Assembly: GCF_039654945.1 (NCBI RefSeq) | Contig: NW_027361768.1 | Coordinates: 5,704,001-5,768,000, forward strand | Reading direction: 5' to 3' | DNA length: 64,000 bases | Source: Dendrobates tinctorius | Lineage: Eukaryota | In this document: piece after piece, positions 1-11,853 of the stretch | Layout of the letters: each line of letters starts with the position of its first letter | How positions within the stretch are numbered: the stretch's first letter is position 1 | Translations under genes and position numbers: made by a program | Notes under the pieces: generated by a model | The model's database searches: none | What the model saw: only the letters and a program-made list of their open reading frames with translations | What the model was told of the DNA's origin: nothing

Positions 1-721
1 TGCAGGGGTAAATATGACCCCAATAATATATGGTGGAAAAAAAAAAGAAAATCTGCTCAGCTATGCTTCTGATTTCAGCTCTGATGGAAGCTGAGTGAGT
101 AAGCTAAGCTCTGAGGATGGTGCTGTATGCACTGTAAGGCTGCTCCTGCCTTTCTCCCTGCCTACAGTCCTCTACAGTACTACTCCGTCCTGGTAGTTCT
201 GAAAAGAACTTTTGTGTTATATGTGAGGAATCTTGAGGTCCTACACTGACTAACAGTCCCTAGATCTGCTCTATGTCTCCAACTCGCCCTGCACTAGCTC
301 AGATCGTCACAGGAATGTGCCCAAAATGGCGGGGGCAGGGTTTATATACAGCCTTGCCTGTGATACATGACATAGGCATCACGACGGACAGCAGCCAATC
401 ATAGTAGTGCTCTTCACAGTTTTCTCACCTAACAAACTAGGCTGTCTCTGAAAATTAACATATTCTGTATTCTGCGAGTCCCGAATACATTATATAGGAG
501 TCCTAGAATCGCTAAGACTCGCTGCTGACAGCGGTACACAAAATCGCTAAGAAACTAGGATTGCTTGTATTAAACTCTGAAAAAACTAGGATTGCCATTG
601 ATTTGCATTGGACTCGTTACTGTGCGAGTAATCGCTTGGAAACTCGTAGAGTACCGACTCCTACGAGTCCCCTACTACTCGCAGAGTAACGAGTCCTAAC
701 GAGTAGATTCGCCCATCCCTA
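1..721. mobile_element. End of a hAT-type (Ac-like TIR) non-autonomous DNA transposon, cut by the window start
   Basis: Ends in gattcgcccatcccta (revcomp TAGGGATGGGCGAATC, Ac/Ds-like terminus). Subterminal cluster of gactcg/cgagtc motifs at ~470-705. The other end is not visible. Confidence 0.5.
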
Positions 722-1400
722 GCCCCCAGCTGTCAGTTTTTCCTGGCTGGTTAAAAAATACAGGGGAACCCAAGCTGTTTTTTTCATTTATTTATTTGTT
801 TATAGCGCGGTTGAGGAATACTTCCATCAGCACTCCTGCTGTCACTATTATTAGCAGCAGCAGGTGTAGGCTGATGGGAGTAATAGTCCCAAAAGCTGCC
901 ACCTGCTGTCATTGTTTTCACTTGAATACAAATCTCATCATTCTCCACTGCTCGTGCTGATTGCCAGCAGAGTAGGGGAAAATGATTAGAGTCGTCTTCA
1001 GCCTTTGGTTCTTGGGAACAGCACTTACTGTACCTCTGCTTCCCTCGCACATGTTGTGTGGTACTGATGTGGCAAATGGACGGCATGTGGTTGCCACATA
1101 TGTGCCACACGTATTACACACACAGACACTGACATCTCTGGTACCGTTTTCTTCCGGTATCAGAAATATCAGAATGTGTGAAACCAGACTTAGGCTGTAA
1201 ATCGGATGCTAAGTATTAAAAATTGGATTGTACTCTCATGAAAACGTATGACACTTGTATTACACTCATCCGATTTTGCAGGAACAAAATTTAACCAATT
1301 TTAAAATTGCTAGTGTGACTCCTGCCTAAGGCTATATGCGCACGTTGAGTATTTGCTTGCAGACTTTTCTGCAAGGTTTCTGCATATCTTGGCAACAAAA
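722..1400. mobile_element. Fragments of PIF/Harbinger-like MITEs
   Basis: Termini of the gtgtgaaaccagac / gtgtgactcctgcc / ggctatatgcgcac type abut TTA/TAA trinucleotides at ~1190 and ~1327. Partner ends were not established. Confidence 0.35.
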
Positions 1401-1683
1401 ACGCTGCAGCAAAAATGCACGTTTTGCCGTTTTTTGGGGGTGTTTTTGCTGTGATTTTGTATACTTTTTTTACACCAATGAAGGCTTTTTAAGCTAAATA
1501 AAGATATTTAAAAAAACTTGTGATATAATTTTTTGGTTCAACGCCTTCTTTTTCATTCTGATGTAGTAGCATAAGGGTAATGGGATTAGGGCTTGGTGTC
1601 AGCAGCTGTCATTGACACCAAGCCTTAGATTTAGGAGTGAAAAGGTGTCAGCCAGACACCCTCATTGCTAAGCTGGTAAGTAA

Positions 1684-1727
1684 ACACACACGTGCACACA
1701 CACATGCGCACACATGCATGCACACAC
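1684..1727. repeat. Degenerate (CA)n/(TGCA) microsatellite
   Basis: acacacacgtgcacacacacatgcgcacacatgcatgcacacac. Confidence 0.7.
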
Positions 1728-2019
1728 TTTAGCCAGCCTATGTAGGAGTGTTAATAGAATGTACCTTCATAGGCTTTAACCAAACAGCAACTGTTAATTT
1801 TTAAAAAAAAAATTGTAAAAAATTGCGTGGGGTTCCGCGTAATTTTCATAACTAAGAGAGGAAAAGGAAGGAGCCAGTAGCATGGGAAACATAGGCATTT
1901 GTGTTATGTATGTTTTTGCATCCCATTGACTCTAATGGCGTTTGTCTATAATCGGCAAATATTGCAAATTCAGCGATCGTGAGCTGAACCGAATATTGAA
2001 ATATTCACTCATCTCAAAT

Positions 2020-2799
2020 TTTTATACCCTTAAACCAAACCAGAGAGTTATGTCACATAGAAAAGTTTAAAAGAATAACATTTCCCACTACTTTACATCA
2101 GCACAATTTTTGAAACATAATTTTTTTGTTAGGAAGTTAGTAAGGTTAAAAGTTGAACAGCAATTTCTCCCAAAAAACATTTTTTATGGACCACATCCCA
2201 TTTGAAGTGACTTTGGGTGGTCTAATGCAGAAAATACCCAAAAATTACACCATCCTAAAAACTGCACCCGTAACGGTCCTCAAAACCACATTCAAGAAGT
2301 TTATTAACCCTTCAGTTGCTTCACAGTAATTAATGCAATGTGGAAGGAAAAAATGAACATTTTACTTTTTTTTCACAAAATTTAGCTTTAGCCCCCCAAT
2401 TTTTTATTTAAAAAAGGGTAACAGGAGAAAATGGACCCCAACAATTATTATATTATGCAATTTCTCCTGAGTATGCCAATACCCCATATGTGGAGGAAAA
2501 CTACTCTTTGTGTGCATGGCATGGCTCAGAAGGGATTGAGAACCATTTGACTTTTTGAATATAAAAATGGCATGTGGCATTTTGAGAGTCCTTGATGTGC
2601 CTAAACTGAGAAGACTTCTTACAAGTTCCCACATTTTGGAAACTAGACCCCTGAAGAAATGTATATAGATGTGTGCTGAGCACCTTGAACCCCCAATTGC
2701 TTCATAGGAGTTTTTAACATAAAGCCGTGAAAAAAAAAGTCATCACAATTTTCCCACAAAAATGTTCTTTTAACCCCCAATTTTTTTTCACAAAGATAA
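2020..2799 (+). repeat. Dispersed repeat with ~330-bp internal units; probable large non-autonomous TTAA (piggyBac-like) DNA element; continues at 8901-9240
   Basis: Unit motifs (accccatatgtg, gctcagaaggga, cattttggaaactagaccc, gagcaccttgaacccc, ggtaacaggagaaa) recur at 8901-9240, 13530-13890 and 19246-20700. Confidence 0.6.
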
Positions 2800-3022
2800 T
2801 GTTGCAGGGATACCACGACAGAGAGTAATTGGAAGATAGCGGGGTTTGGTTTCACAAACTCCTGTACTGGTTAGAAGTACTTCACCTTGTTATTAAACAG
2901 TGCACGTTTCTTCCTTGCTCTCAGTGCAAGGATTAATCTGTTCGGTTGGGGAAGATCTACCAGGATTGTCTCAGCTGTTCTGTGTTGGCCACTCCCTTCT
3001 GCTATATATATATATATGCATG

Positions 3023-4171
3023 TGAAGCGCCCCAGGGGCCGTGGGTTACTCGGTGCCAGGCCGGTGTCTTAAAGGGATGTGTCACGGTGACAGTGACCCT
3101 GTCCGTGGCCCCAAGCATTCATGTAAAATTAAGGGAATTGAATAGGAATAAAGTTTGTGTATAAGTCGCGACGCCACCTGTGGTTTCTGGTCAGAGTTGA
3201 CCATCGCTGCAGTAAGATGCAGCATAGTCGGTAAAGCTCTCCACAGGGAGAGCAGTAGTCCCAGGTCAGCTGAGAGTAATTTAGAGATGATGTTATAGTG
3301 TGGAGTAAGCAATGTAGCAGTGCTGGGTTGGTGACGCAGGAAGAAAGCAGATGACACAGTTGAGTGCTGTTTCAAGACTTTACTTACAGTTCTGGTGCAC
3401 ACAGATGCCCACTTCAGTGCTGTGTTCGCCAGGTGATGGGTCCAGCCAACTTCCAGGCAAAATAGAGTACACCCAGCACTCCCTGTCAGTATGTACCTTC
3501 CCTGGTCATCTCCACAATGCAGCTTTTCCACTTTCCTTCCTTCCCAGCCCTTCACAGTCAGTGCTCCAGGCCAGCAGCTGCAAATCCTGTCAGACAACGG
3601 GTACAATCCACTTCTTTGATCCTATATAGCTGCCATTCTGGTGAGAATAACTGTGGTAAGTTGCTGTGGCCTATAAAGTGACCACAACTGTCAGCTTGCT
3701 AGTCGAGTTTGATGTACACTCCGCTAGGCTAGGGGCTGAGTCCCTTTTGCGACCTGGTTCCTTCCTCCACCTGACGTCGGTCAGCGTGGAACAAGACCCA
3801 CGGGGATCATGCTTTACCCGTTGCCTCTGGAAGAACCACTTTCCCTTCAGGGAGTTTTCTGTCCAAGCCGATCCATCCAGCAGCTTCTAATGACAAGACC
3901 TGCTCCAGACCTGTCCTTCTCCTTTCCTCCCTCTGAGGGAACTCAGCTCACATCCTACAATTCTCCCTGTCTCCAACTACACTCCGCACACCTCCCCTAC
4001 ACTCTTCGTGTACCAAGCAGGGGCCATAAAGGGTGCTCTGCTATTCTATGTGTGTGTGGGATGCGGGTGTGGAATGTGGTCAGGTGTCTCCATCCTACCT
4101 TGTCGTGGGATACCACACCTCTGGGTGAGGTGCAGTATCTCTGTGGTGACTGGACCCTCAGGGGCCCCACA
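3023..4171 (-). repeat. 3' LTR of the cold-shock-domain element (1149 bp)
   Basis: + strand tgaagcgcccc...ggggccccaca; colinear with 6385-7500 + 8378-8434. Confidence 0.9.
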
Positions 4172-4183
4172 TTCCCCCCCCAT
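4172..4183 (-). promoter_or_regulatory. Polypurine tract (PPT)
   Basis: Minus strand reads atggggggggaa immediately before the TG of the 3' LTR. Confidence 0.8.
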
Positions 4184-4746
4184 TGAACCCAGCATGTCCG
4201 AAGGCTGAAATAAAATACAAGATGTTACAGGAACATACAAAAAAATATTTTTGAAACATTACTACCAGTAGTTATGGTATAACAAAGTGCTTTCAATAAA
4301 CGGTAATAATCATTGGTAAATGGTGGATACTGGTCCAGCCGGAGTATCTTCAAATGTCCTTTTTGCTGGTAGAGGACATGCTCCAAACCTCCAACGGTGG
4401 TCCTGGGTTGGCTACAGGACATAACTGGTCTTCTTCTTTATACCCTGTCTTCGGCCACACCCAACAGGTTTTTGTTCAGGTCTGTCATAGTTGTGCAATG
4501 ATGAGTCCTTATTTTCCTAAAAGGTTTAGGTAAAACTAAGCGGGAGCAAGTAAAGAGGTGCGGAACTATTTACAGAAAAAGTTTTTGGATCACACATTGT
4601 TCATTATCTGTCAGGTTTTTTTTACTTTAAGGAAAATCAACAGAGAAAACTGGAAACTTGCATAGAACTTGAAACTTGCATAAGGAAATTGTGCAAAACC
4701 CTCCTGGGTTAACTATTTATAACTTGTGAAAAGTTCTGTTCACATT

Positions 4747-6150
4747 TCATTGTAGCTTGTCACTTCCTGGTGCATGGGAAGTGCTTTGTCCTCCTTGCTT
4801 CCAAGGTAAATGATCTGGATGCCCACTACAGGGAGGCATGAGGAATTGAGTGCTGTCATCTGGCTGAGCCCCTCCTGGTGGAGCTGGAATAGTGGCTGCT
4901 TGCTGGGGTGGAACTACAGCCTGTTGTCTTATTGAAGCTGGTGTCAATGCTGCTGTAACTATTGGAGCTGTTGCGGCGGCTATTGGGGCTGCTGTTGTTG
5001 CTGTCACCCCCTGGAGTTCGTACACAGCTGCCAGTTCTGCAGGGATTCTCCTGACATTCAGGGTATACCAGCCACGGGCTCCCAGATGGCGGGTGAAGGA
5101 CACGTTATTCACCAGGGAACAAATCACGCCCTGGGTGACCCCAGATAAGGTGCGCCTCCACGTCCCACCTGCTGACAAGCAGATCTGCAATTTCCTAAGA
5201 GTCCTGGATGAAGCCATACCCCTTATCATTTTCAAAATTGAGGACTTTGCCCCAGCCCAGAGGATCGCGTTGATCCACGCGTTCACCGCGGACCTGCCTC
5301 TTTGTCCTGAGATCCCGGTCTATCAGGGCCAGTCTCTGCTGGTGTCTCTCTTTTTTTTCTTTATCAAATTGTAGAAGCTGCCTGTGGCAGAACTCTTCGG
5401 TGGATAAGGGGAATCCCCTTGCTCTTGCCTCCAGCATACCTCCAGCAGGATTTTTCCACTTGTCACTGCCTGCGGGAGATGGCTGCGGTATGGGGACTGG
5501 TTGGAACATTCCAACAACAATATTGGAATATTCCCCCCTGGGTGTTGTTTACCGGTCCCATGTGATATCCATCACCACCTGCCAGACTTCGGGGTAGGTG
5601 GCAACCCGATGGGGCCTAACAGGCCCTCCCATGACTCAGGGGTGACGTGCGTACCTGTATCTTCAAGACCACAATATTCTTCCGCAGACGCCAGCAGCGC
5701 AGACACTGATGAGATGGCAGGGTCCGGTGAGGGTGGTATTAAGGGACAGGTCTCTGGTGCTGGTGACGGGGTACCTGAGCAGTGGCAGTGGGTACCGGTG
5801 GCGGTGATAGCCCGAGGGCAGACCCCTCCTGGGTTTGCTGCTTCGTTCACTGCAGCTGAGCCTGTCTCAGCTGCAAGCTTCGGTTCAGCTGCGCAATTTC
5901 ATCTTCCAGCTGCACCAAGTCAAGTTCTTCCAGAGGGCCGGAACTTGGTACTATGGAGCCAGGTGAGAGGTGTATTTCCTCACCATGCTCTGCAGGTCTC
6001 CTTCCACTCTCCATGATTGCTGCCTGGTGTTGTGGCTTCTTCCTGGCTCTTTTTCCCGCTGTGGAGCCTCTCTCCTCCTCTTGGGGGTGGTGTCTTTTCC
6101 CTTTGCCACCATACCAGGCTAGTACCCGGACTCCTCTGGGCGTTGGCCAT
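4747..6150 (-). pseudogene. Decayed ~450-codon ORF: coiled-coil/Pro-rich N-terminus, cold-shock domain (5047-5257), Ala/Thr/Pro-rich tail
   Basis: Joining frames gives GWGKVLNFENDKGYGFIQDS*EIADLLVSRWDVEAHLIWGHPGRDLFPGE/VSFTRHLGARGWYTLNVRR. RNP-1 KGYGFI, an RNP-2-like DLLV and L..GE.V.F....G.RG....NV match the CSD pattern. Stop at 5195-5197, 1-bp frameshift at ~5105. The start is uncertain. Confidence 0.8.
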
Positions 6151-6364
6151 GATGCTGTTGCATAGAAATACAGGCAAGAGAGATTCATGATGTTTTGCAC
6201 CTTTTCCTGAGTGCCACCCACGATGACACGCCTCACTGCACTGCTGTGGCGGCCATTTTCATTCACAGTTCAATTCACAGTCTAATAAATTCATTCTTTT
6301 GCACATTTTTCTCAAATCCATCAAATCTTCAGCACACAGGACGCAGTGACACCGGGCTTCATCA

Positions 6365-6381
6365 TCCTGTTCGTGATGCCA
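6365..6381 (-). promoter_or_regulatory. Primer-binding site (tRNA-type)
   Basis: Minus strand TGGCATCACGAACAGGA, 3 nt after the 5' LTR. Partly resembles the tRNA-Lys(UUU) PBS TGGCGCCCGAACAGGGAC. Confidence 0.7.
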
Positions 6382-6384
6382 AAA

Positions 6385-8434
6385 TGAAGCGCCCCAGGGG
6401 CTGTGGGTTACTCGGTGCAGGGACGGTGTCTTAAAGGGATGTGTCATGGTGGCAGTGACCCGGTTCGTGGCCCCAAGCGTTCATGTAAAATTAAGGGAAT
6501 TGAATAACAACTAAGTTTGTGTATAAGCCGTGACGCCACCTGTGGTTTCTGGTCAGTTGACCATCGCTTCAGCACAGATCCTCTGGGACAGATGGTAAGA
6601 TGCAGCAGAGTTGGTAAAGCTCTCCACAGGGAGAGCTGTAGTCCCAGGGCAGCTGAGAGTAATTTAGAGGTGGTGATGTAGTGTGGAGTGAAGGATGTAG
6701 CAGTGCCGGGTTGGTGATGCAGGAAGAAGGCAGATGACACAGATGAGTGCTGTTCCAAGACTTTACTTACAGTTCTGGTACACATAAATGCCCACTTCAG
6801 TGCTGTGTTCTCCAGGTGAGGGGTCCAGCCAACTTCCAAGCAAAATGGAGTACACCCTTCCAGCACTCCCTGTCAGTATGCACCTTCCCTGGCCATCTCC
6901 ACAATGCTGCTTTTCCACTTTCCTTCCTTCCCAGCACTTCACAGTCAGTGCTCCAGGCCAGCAGCTGCGAATCCTGTCAGACAATGGGTACAATCCGCTT
7001 CTTTGATCCTATATAGCTGCCTTTCTGGTGAGAATAACTGTGGTAAGTTGCTGTGGCCCATAAAGTGACCACAACTGTCAGCTTGCTAGTCGAGTTCGAT
7101 GTACACTCCGCTAGGCTAGGGGCTGAGTCTCTTTTGCGACCTGGTTCCTTCCTCCACCTGACGTCACTCAGTGTGGAACGAGACCCACGTGGAGTATGTT
7201 TTACCCGTTGCCTCTGAAAGAACTACTTTCCCTTCAGGGAGCTTTCTGCCCAAGCCGATCCGTCCAGCAACTTCTAATGACAAGAGCTGCTCCAGACCCG
7301 TCCTTCTCCTTCCCTCCCTCTGAGGGAACTAAGCTCACATCCTACAATTCTCCCTCTCTCCAAGTACACTTCGCCCACCTCCCAACACTCTTCTTGTACC
7401 AAGCAGAGGCCATAAAGGGTGCTCTGCTATTCTATGTGTGTGTGGGATGCGGGTGTGGAATGTGGTCAGGTGTCTCCATCCTACCTGGTCATAGGATACC
7501 TGTTATGAATGGGTCACCGAAGAGGAAAAAAACAACAAGCTAAGTCTCAGAAAACCAGAGAAGTTGGTAACTATGCAGATTTCAGATCCCTGATCTTAAC
7601 CACACAACTAGCAGCAGTCGTGGAGCATTCCTACGATGGTCGTAGATGCATCATCACAACCAGAGAGCTACATAAGCCTAAAGCAGGAAAAGAGGAAAAC
7701 TAACTGCCCCAGAGCAGACCCCAAAGGAAAGACAGCCCCCCACATGTATTGACGGTGAAACAAGATGAAAATACAAACAAAGGCAGGAAAATAGGCTGTG
7801 CAAACGATGGGGCCCGACTAACTAGAAAGGACAGGAAAGGAAAGACACTGTCTGCAATCTGCCAAAAAAAAACTACCAAAATAATGTCCAACACTTCTGA
7901 TAGCAAAATTAACCCTGAAGTCACTAGACTTCTCCCACTATATCAGCACTCTGAAATATTCTGAGACAGAGCAAAAAGAGGCCAATCTAATAAGGGACAA
8001 AAAAGGCAGATTGGCAAATACAGATAAATAGGAGTGGAAATTCAGCATAGCCCCAGCAGGGGCTGGCTGACCACACAAGAAACTGAATTGACCAACAAGC
8101 GCAAGTGTGAACATTAGCAAAAAAACAAACTTAACTTGAGAAGACTGGAAGAGAGCTGAAGTCCAAGACCTGAGAAGCAGACTGAATCACCAGCACCAGG
8201 ATAGGGCGTCGGCTGTCTTATATCCAGTCTGATACTCCAGAGATCCAATTGTTATCCTCCTCATCAGGTGGCAGATCACTACTACTTAAACCAACCTCAC
8301 TACCTGTCACCACCAGAGGGAGAACGGAAGGAGAACTCTCAACTGGTGGAGCAGAAAATGAGCTCATAATAGATACCACACCTCTGGGTGAGGTGCAGTA
8401 TCTATGTGGCGACTGGACCCCCAGGGGTGCCACA
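6385..8434 (-). repeat. 5' LTR of the cold-shock-domain element, interrupted by a solo LTR
   Basis: tgaagcgcccc start, ggggtgccaca end; homologous to 3023-4171. Confidence 0.9.
7501..8371 (-). mobile_element. Solo LTR (871 bp), family X, 6-bp TSD
   Basis: TGTTATGA...TCATAATA termini; gatacc at 7495-7500 and 8372-8377; reverse-complement homologue of 11854-12672. Confidence 0.85.
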
Positions 8435-10109
8435 CATGCCTCTGGAACTTAGTAATTGACAGTGTCAGTTCTTACTGCCTGGTTAGAAGTTGGATATAAA
8501 CTTCATGGTTTAAATTGGCATTTGGACCTTTGTTCAGGAGATTGTTGTTTGGAGTTTTTTGTGTGCACGTTCTCATTCATTCCTATTTGGTTTCTTCCTT
8601 CCTTTAACTCCACTATATTCCACTTTCTTTGGTGAGTGTATTTTGTATTATTGTTATTTTCATTTATCCCTGTCCGTCTTACCTTTTTTGTCTAGTTAGT
8701 GTCATGCTATACACTTCATTTTCCCAGCTCCCTGGTTGGGGGAGGGCACAGATACAGCTTGATATAGGAGCATAGGAAGGTACGTGAATTCAGCGTCTCC
8801 ACATTCAGAAGTAATCCAGAGGACAGGGATAGACTAGGGTACCCCTAGTTCTAGAAACATGTTTAGTACCCACAGTCCCAAGGCACTGCATGACAGATTA
8901 CAGGAGAAAATGCACAGAGCAATTTTTTGCGCAATTTCTCCTGAGTGCGCCAATACCCCATATGTGGATAAAAACTACTTTCGAGGCCCAATGCAAAACT
9001 CAGAAGGGAATAAAAGCCATATTGGGGTTCAAATCTTGCTAGAATGGATTGTGCCATGTCACATTGGCAGAGCCTCTGAGGTGCCAAAACAGCAGAAATC
9101 CCCCATATGTGACTGCATTTTACAGATTACACCTCTCAATGAATTCATCTAGGAGTGCAGTGAGCATGTTGACACCATATGTGCCTCACAGAAATTTATA
9201 CCATTGGATGGTGAAGAAAGAATAATTAAATATTTGGGGCAGAAGCAACATTTTAGGCATAAAAACATAATTTTGATAAGGTGTAAAATAATAATAATCA
9301 CACACTAAAAGATGCTTTTTTTTGCAAAAAATAGTTTCTACATCACCATATTTTGCAAGCTATAATTTTCCTATATTTCTGCCGACAGAGTCTTGTGAGG
9401 ACTTGCCTTTTGCGAGTCGAGTTCATGTTTTTATTGGTACCATATCCGGGCATATATAATTTTTTTTATCTCTTTCTATTCCGATTTTTAGAAGGCAGAA
9501 TGAAACGGCAATTCAGGAATTGTTTTTTTTTTTATACTGTTCTGTGTGTGGTAAAATTGACAGGCAGCTTTATTCTTCGGGTTAGTACAATTACAGCTAT
9601 AGCTCTTTTATGACTTATTTATGTTTTGGTGCTTTTACTCAAACAAAACTTTGATAAAAAAATTATTTTTACATTGCCATATTCTGAGATCTACAACTTT
9701 TTAATTCTTCAAGCCTTATGGCAGCATGTTTTTTGCGGGACAACATAACGTTTTCAGCGAAACCCCTTTTATTTACATTCATCATGAAATAAATTATTTT
9801 TGCATCATTATCTGGAGTGCCAAATTTCTTATACTATATTTACATTCATCTTTTTGATCACATTTTATTCCACTTGTTTCAGGGACATAATGAAAAACCA
9901 TAGTTTGCCACTTTTTTTAAGGTGTTCACTGAAGAGGTTAACTATTGAGTGACAGTTTTATAGATCTGGTCTTTCCTGACTTGGCGATACCAAGTGTGTA
10001 CTTTTTTATATAAAATGTGTATTTACTGGTGTAATATTTTTTATTATTTTGTAATTCTTTGTTAATTTTACTATTTACTTTTTACTTTAATGTTTTTACT
10101 TTGCAGTAA

Positions 10110-10290
10110 GTAATAATGCCTTAAAACATTCTCTCTCTCATTATTCTGGCATTTGGCAAATATTAATAATTATGGTAATCCTAACTGACCTAAAATGCAA
10201 ATGATTTATTCTGATTTCGTGTCAGATATTGAAAAAAACATGCATGTGTCTCTTTTTATATAGCGTATGGTAAACTTCTGCTTTCAGCTG
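10110..10290 (+). mobile_element. Isolated right inverted repeat of a Sleeping-Beauty-like Tc1 element
   Basis: cattctctct..attattctg..ggtaatcctaactgacctaa..tgtcag..gtatggtaaacttctgctttcagctg followed by TA; resembles the SB right IR/DR. Confidence 0.65.
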
Positions 10291-10299
10291 TATATAAAC

Positions 10300-10610
10300 T
10301 TTCTTCTCATCCCCATTGGGGTGGTCTTTTTTGTCCTTTCTCATTTTCGGGTCCTCTACCAGAGGGCTGGAAGTTTGATGGTTCTGCGCAGGACCTTAGT
10401 TGTTCCTAGTATTGTGCTTTTCTGGATAGAGGTCAGATGTTGCTCCTGGGATCTGTTGTAGCTATTTTCCCAACCTAGGGGGTCACTGCTCCAAGTATTC
10501 CTGGAATCACTGTTACCTTCCCCTACCACATCTTTTCCAGTTCTCCTTTGAGGCCCTGGTATTTCTCCAGCTTCTCATATTACTTCTTTCTGATGTTGCT
10601 GTCACTTGGC
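10300..10610 (-). pseudogene. 3' fragment of a Rex6/R4-Dong-type non-LTR retrotransposon (restriction-like endonuclease C-terminus)
   Basis: Minus strand translates to PSDSNIRKK*YEKLEKYQGLKGELEKMW...LGAVTP, then Q.STILGTTKVLRRTIKLPALW*, the typical R4-clade ORF end. Confidence 0.7.
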
Positions 10611-10624
10611 AAGCCGGGAAAAGA

Positions 10625-11480
10625 GGGAAAGTCGGCGACCGGGGGCAGATGTTTGTAGCCCGGGAAGGGGGTAATACCAACGGCGCTTCCCAGGCTATTA
10701 CTATCAGCTCACAATTGTACATTTAGCTTTACTGGCTATTAAAATGGGGGCCTGTAAAAAAAATGAAGTAGGGTCCCCCTATAATTAATAACCAGCAAAG
10801 GCTATGCAAACAGCTGTGGGCTGATATTAATAGCCATGGATATTGGCCCTCCCAGGCTAAAAATTTCAGCTCTCAGCCACCCCAGAAAAGGAGCATCTCT
10901 AAGAAGTGCCAATTCGGGCATGTAGCCTCATTCTTCCCACTTGCCCTGTAGCGGTGGCAAGTGGGATGATGGTTGGGGGGGTTGATATCACTTTTGTAAT
11001 ATCAGGCGACATCAAGCCCCCATTACTAACCCCATAGTCACATTGTATAAAAGCACACACAACAAGAATAAAGTCCTTTAAGTGAAAAAATAATACAGAC
11101 TCCTTTAATAATCTTAATTAAACTATACTTACAAGCTCGCCTAATTCCACCGAACCCCTCGTTCTCCTGTAATAAACCAAAAATAATAAACCACAATATT
11201 ACTCACCTGTCTGCCGTCCTGTCCCACTATGTAATCCATATCTGGGGGAGAAATAGTTTTCAACCTGGACAGTGCCAAGATGCGACCAACCATGGCTGAG
11301 AACCACTGGTGAATGAGATGCTGCGAGCGCAGCCTCAGAGATTGGTGGTGATGTCCCCCATTTTAATAGCCAGTAAAGGCTAAGTATACAATTGTGAGCT
11401 TATATTAATAGCCTAGGAAGCTCCATGGGTATTACCCCCTTCCCAGGCTATAAACATCTGCCCCAGTCGCCTGCTTTCCC
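10625..11480. repeat. ~125-bp inverted repeat pair (10625-10750 / 11356-11480) inside a non-autonomous DNA-element-like region
   Basis: ggggcagatgtttgtagcccgggaagggggtaatacc...tactggctattaaaatgggg versus its reverse complement at 11356-11480. Confidence 0.65.
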
Positions 11481-11853
11481 ACTGCTGTTTCTGAAAATTG
11501 TGAGGGCGCCCACGCCATTTATTCCCAAAAAATAATCTTTTAATAATTAAATACATGTACAGTAAGCTGCACACACACTGCACTAATTGTATTTGTCACA
11601 GACATCTATATATCTACCTATTCTATTTATATTTACTGTATGTAATCCATCTCTTCTATCCTGTCAGCTCCTGCAGTGATTTTACACGACACGGCTGCTG
11701 AATTACCGGCTTTTCTTCTATGTATCTATGTAATATAAATATATATACATATGTGTGTGTCACTGACATTTATATGAATATATGTATTCTATGTTTATAT
11801 ATCTGTTCTATTCATTCTATTCTAACCTGTCAGTGTGATTTTACTGTACGCGG

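Larger units (their letters stand above)
3023..8434 (-). mobile_element. Complete non-autonomous LTR retroelement carrying a cold-shock-domain ORF
   Basis: Two homologous LTRs (3023-4171; 6385-8434 less an insert), TSD CATG (3019-3022/8435-8438), PBS at 6365-6381, PPT at 4172-4183. The 2.2-kb interior has no RT/IN/protease motifs. Confidence 0.9.
2800..8895 (+). mobile_element. Solo LTR (~680 bp: 2800-3022 + 8439-8895) interrupted by the 3023-8434 element
   Basis: TGTTG...TGACA termini. Flanks gataa (2795-2799) / gatta (8896-8900). Removing it restores the host repeat cacaaagataa-caggagaaaatg. Confidence 0.7.

Noticed and set aside
5047-5257. Processed pseudogene of YBX/LIN28 or bacterial csp contamination
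   Set aside because: Too divergent from the near-invariant YBX CSD, no LIN28 zinc knuckles, no poly(A), and embedded between LTRs in vertebrate repeats. Its origin remains open.
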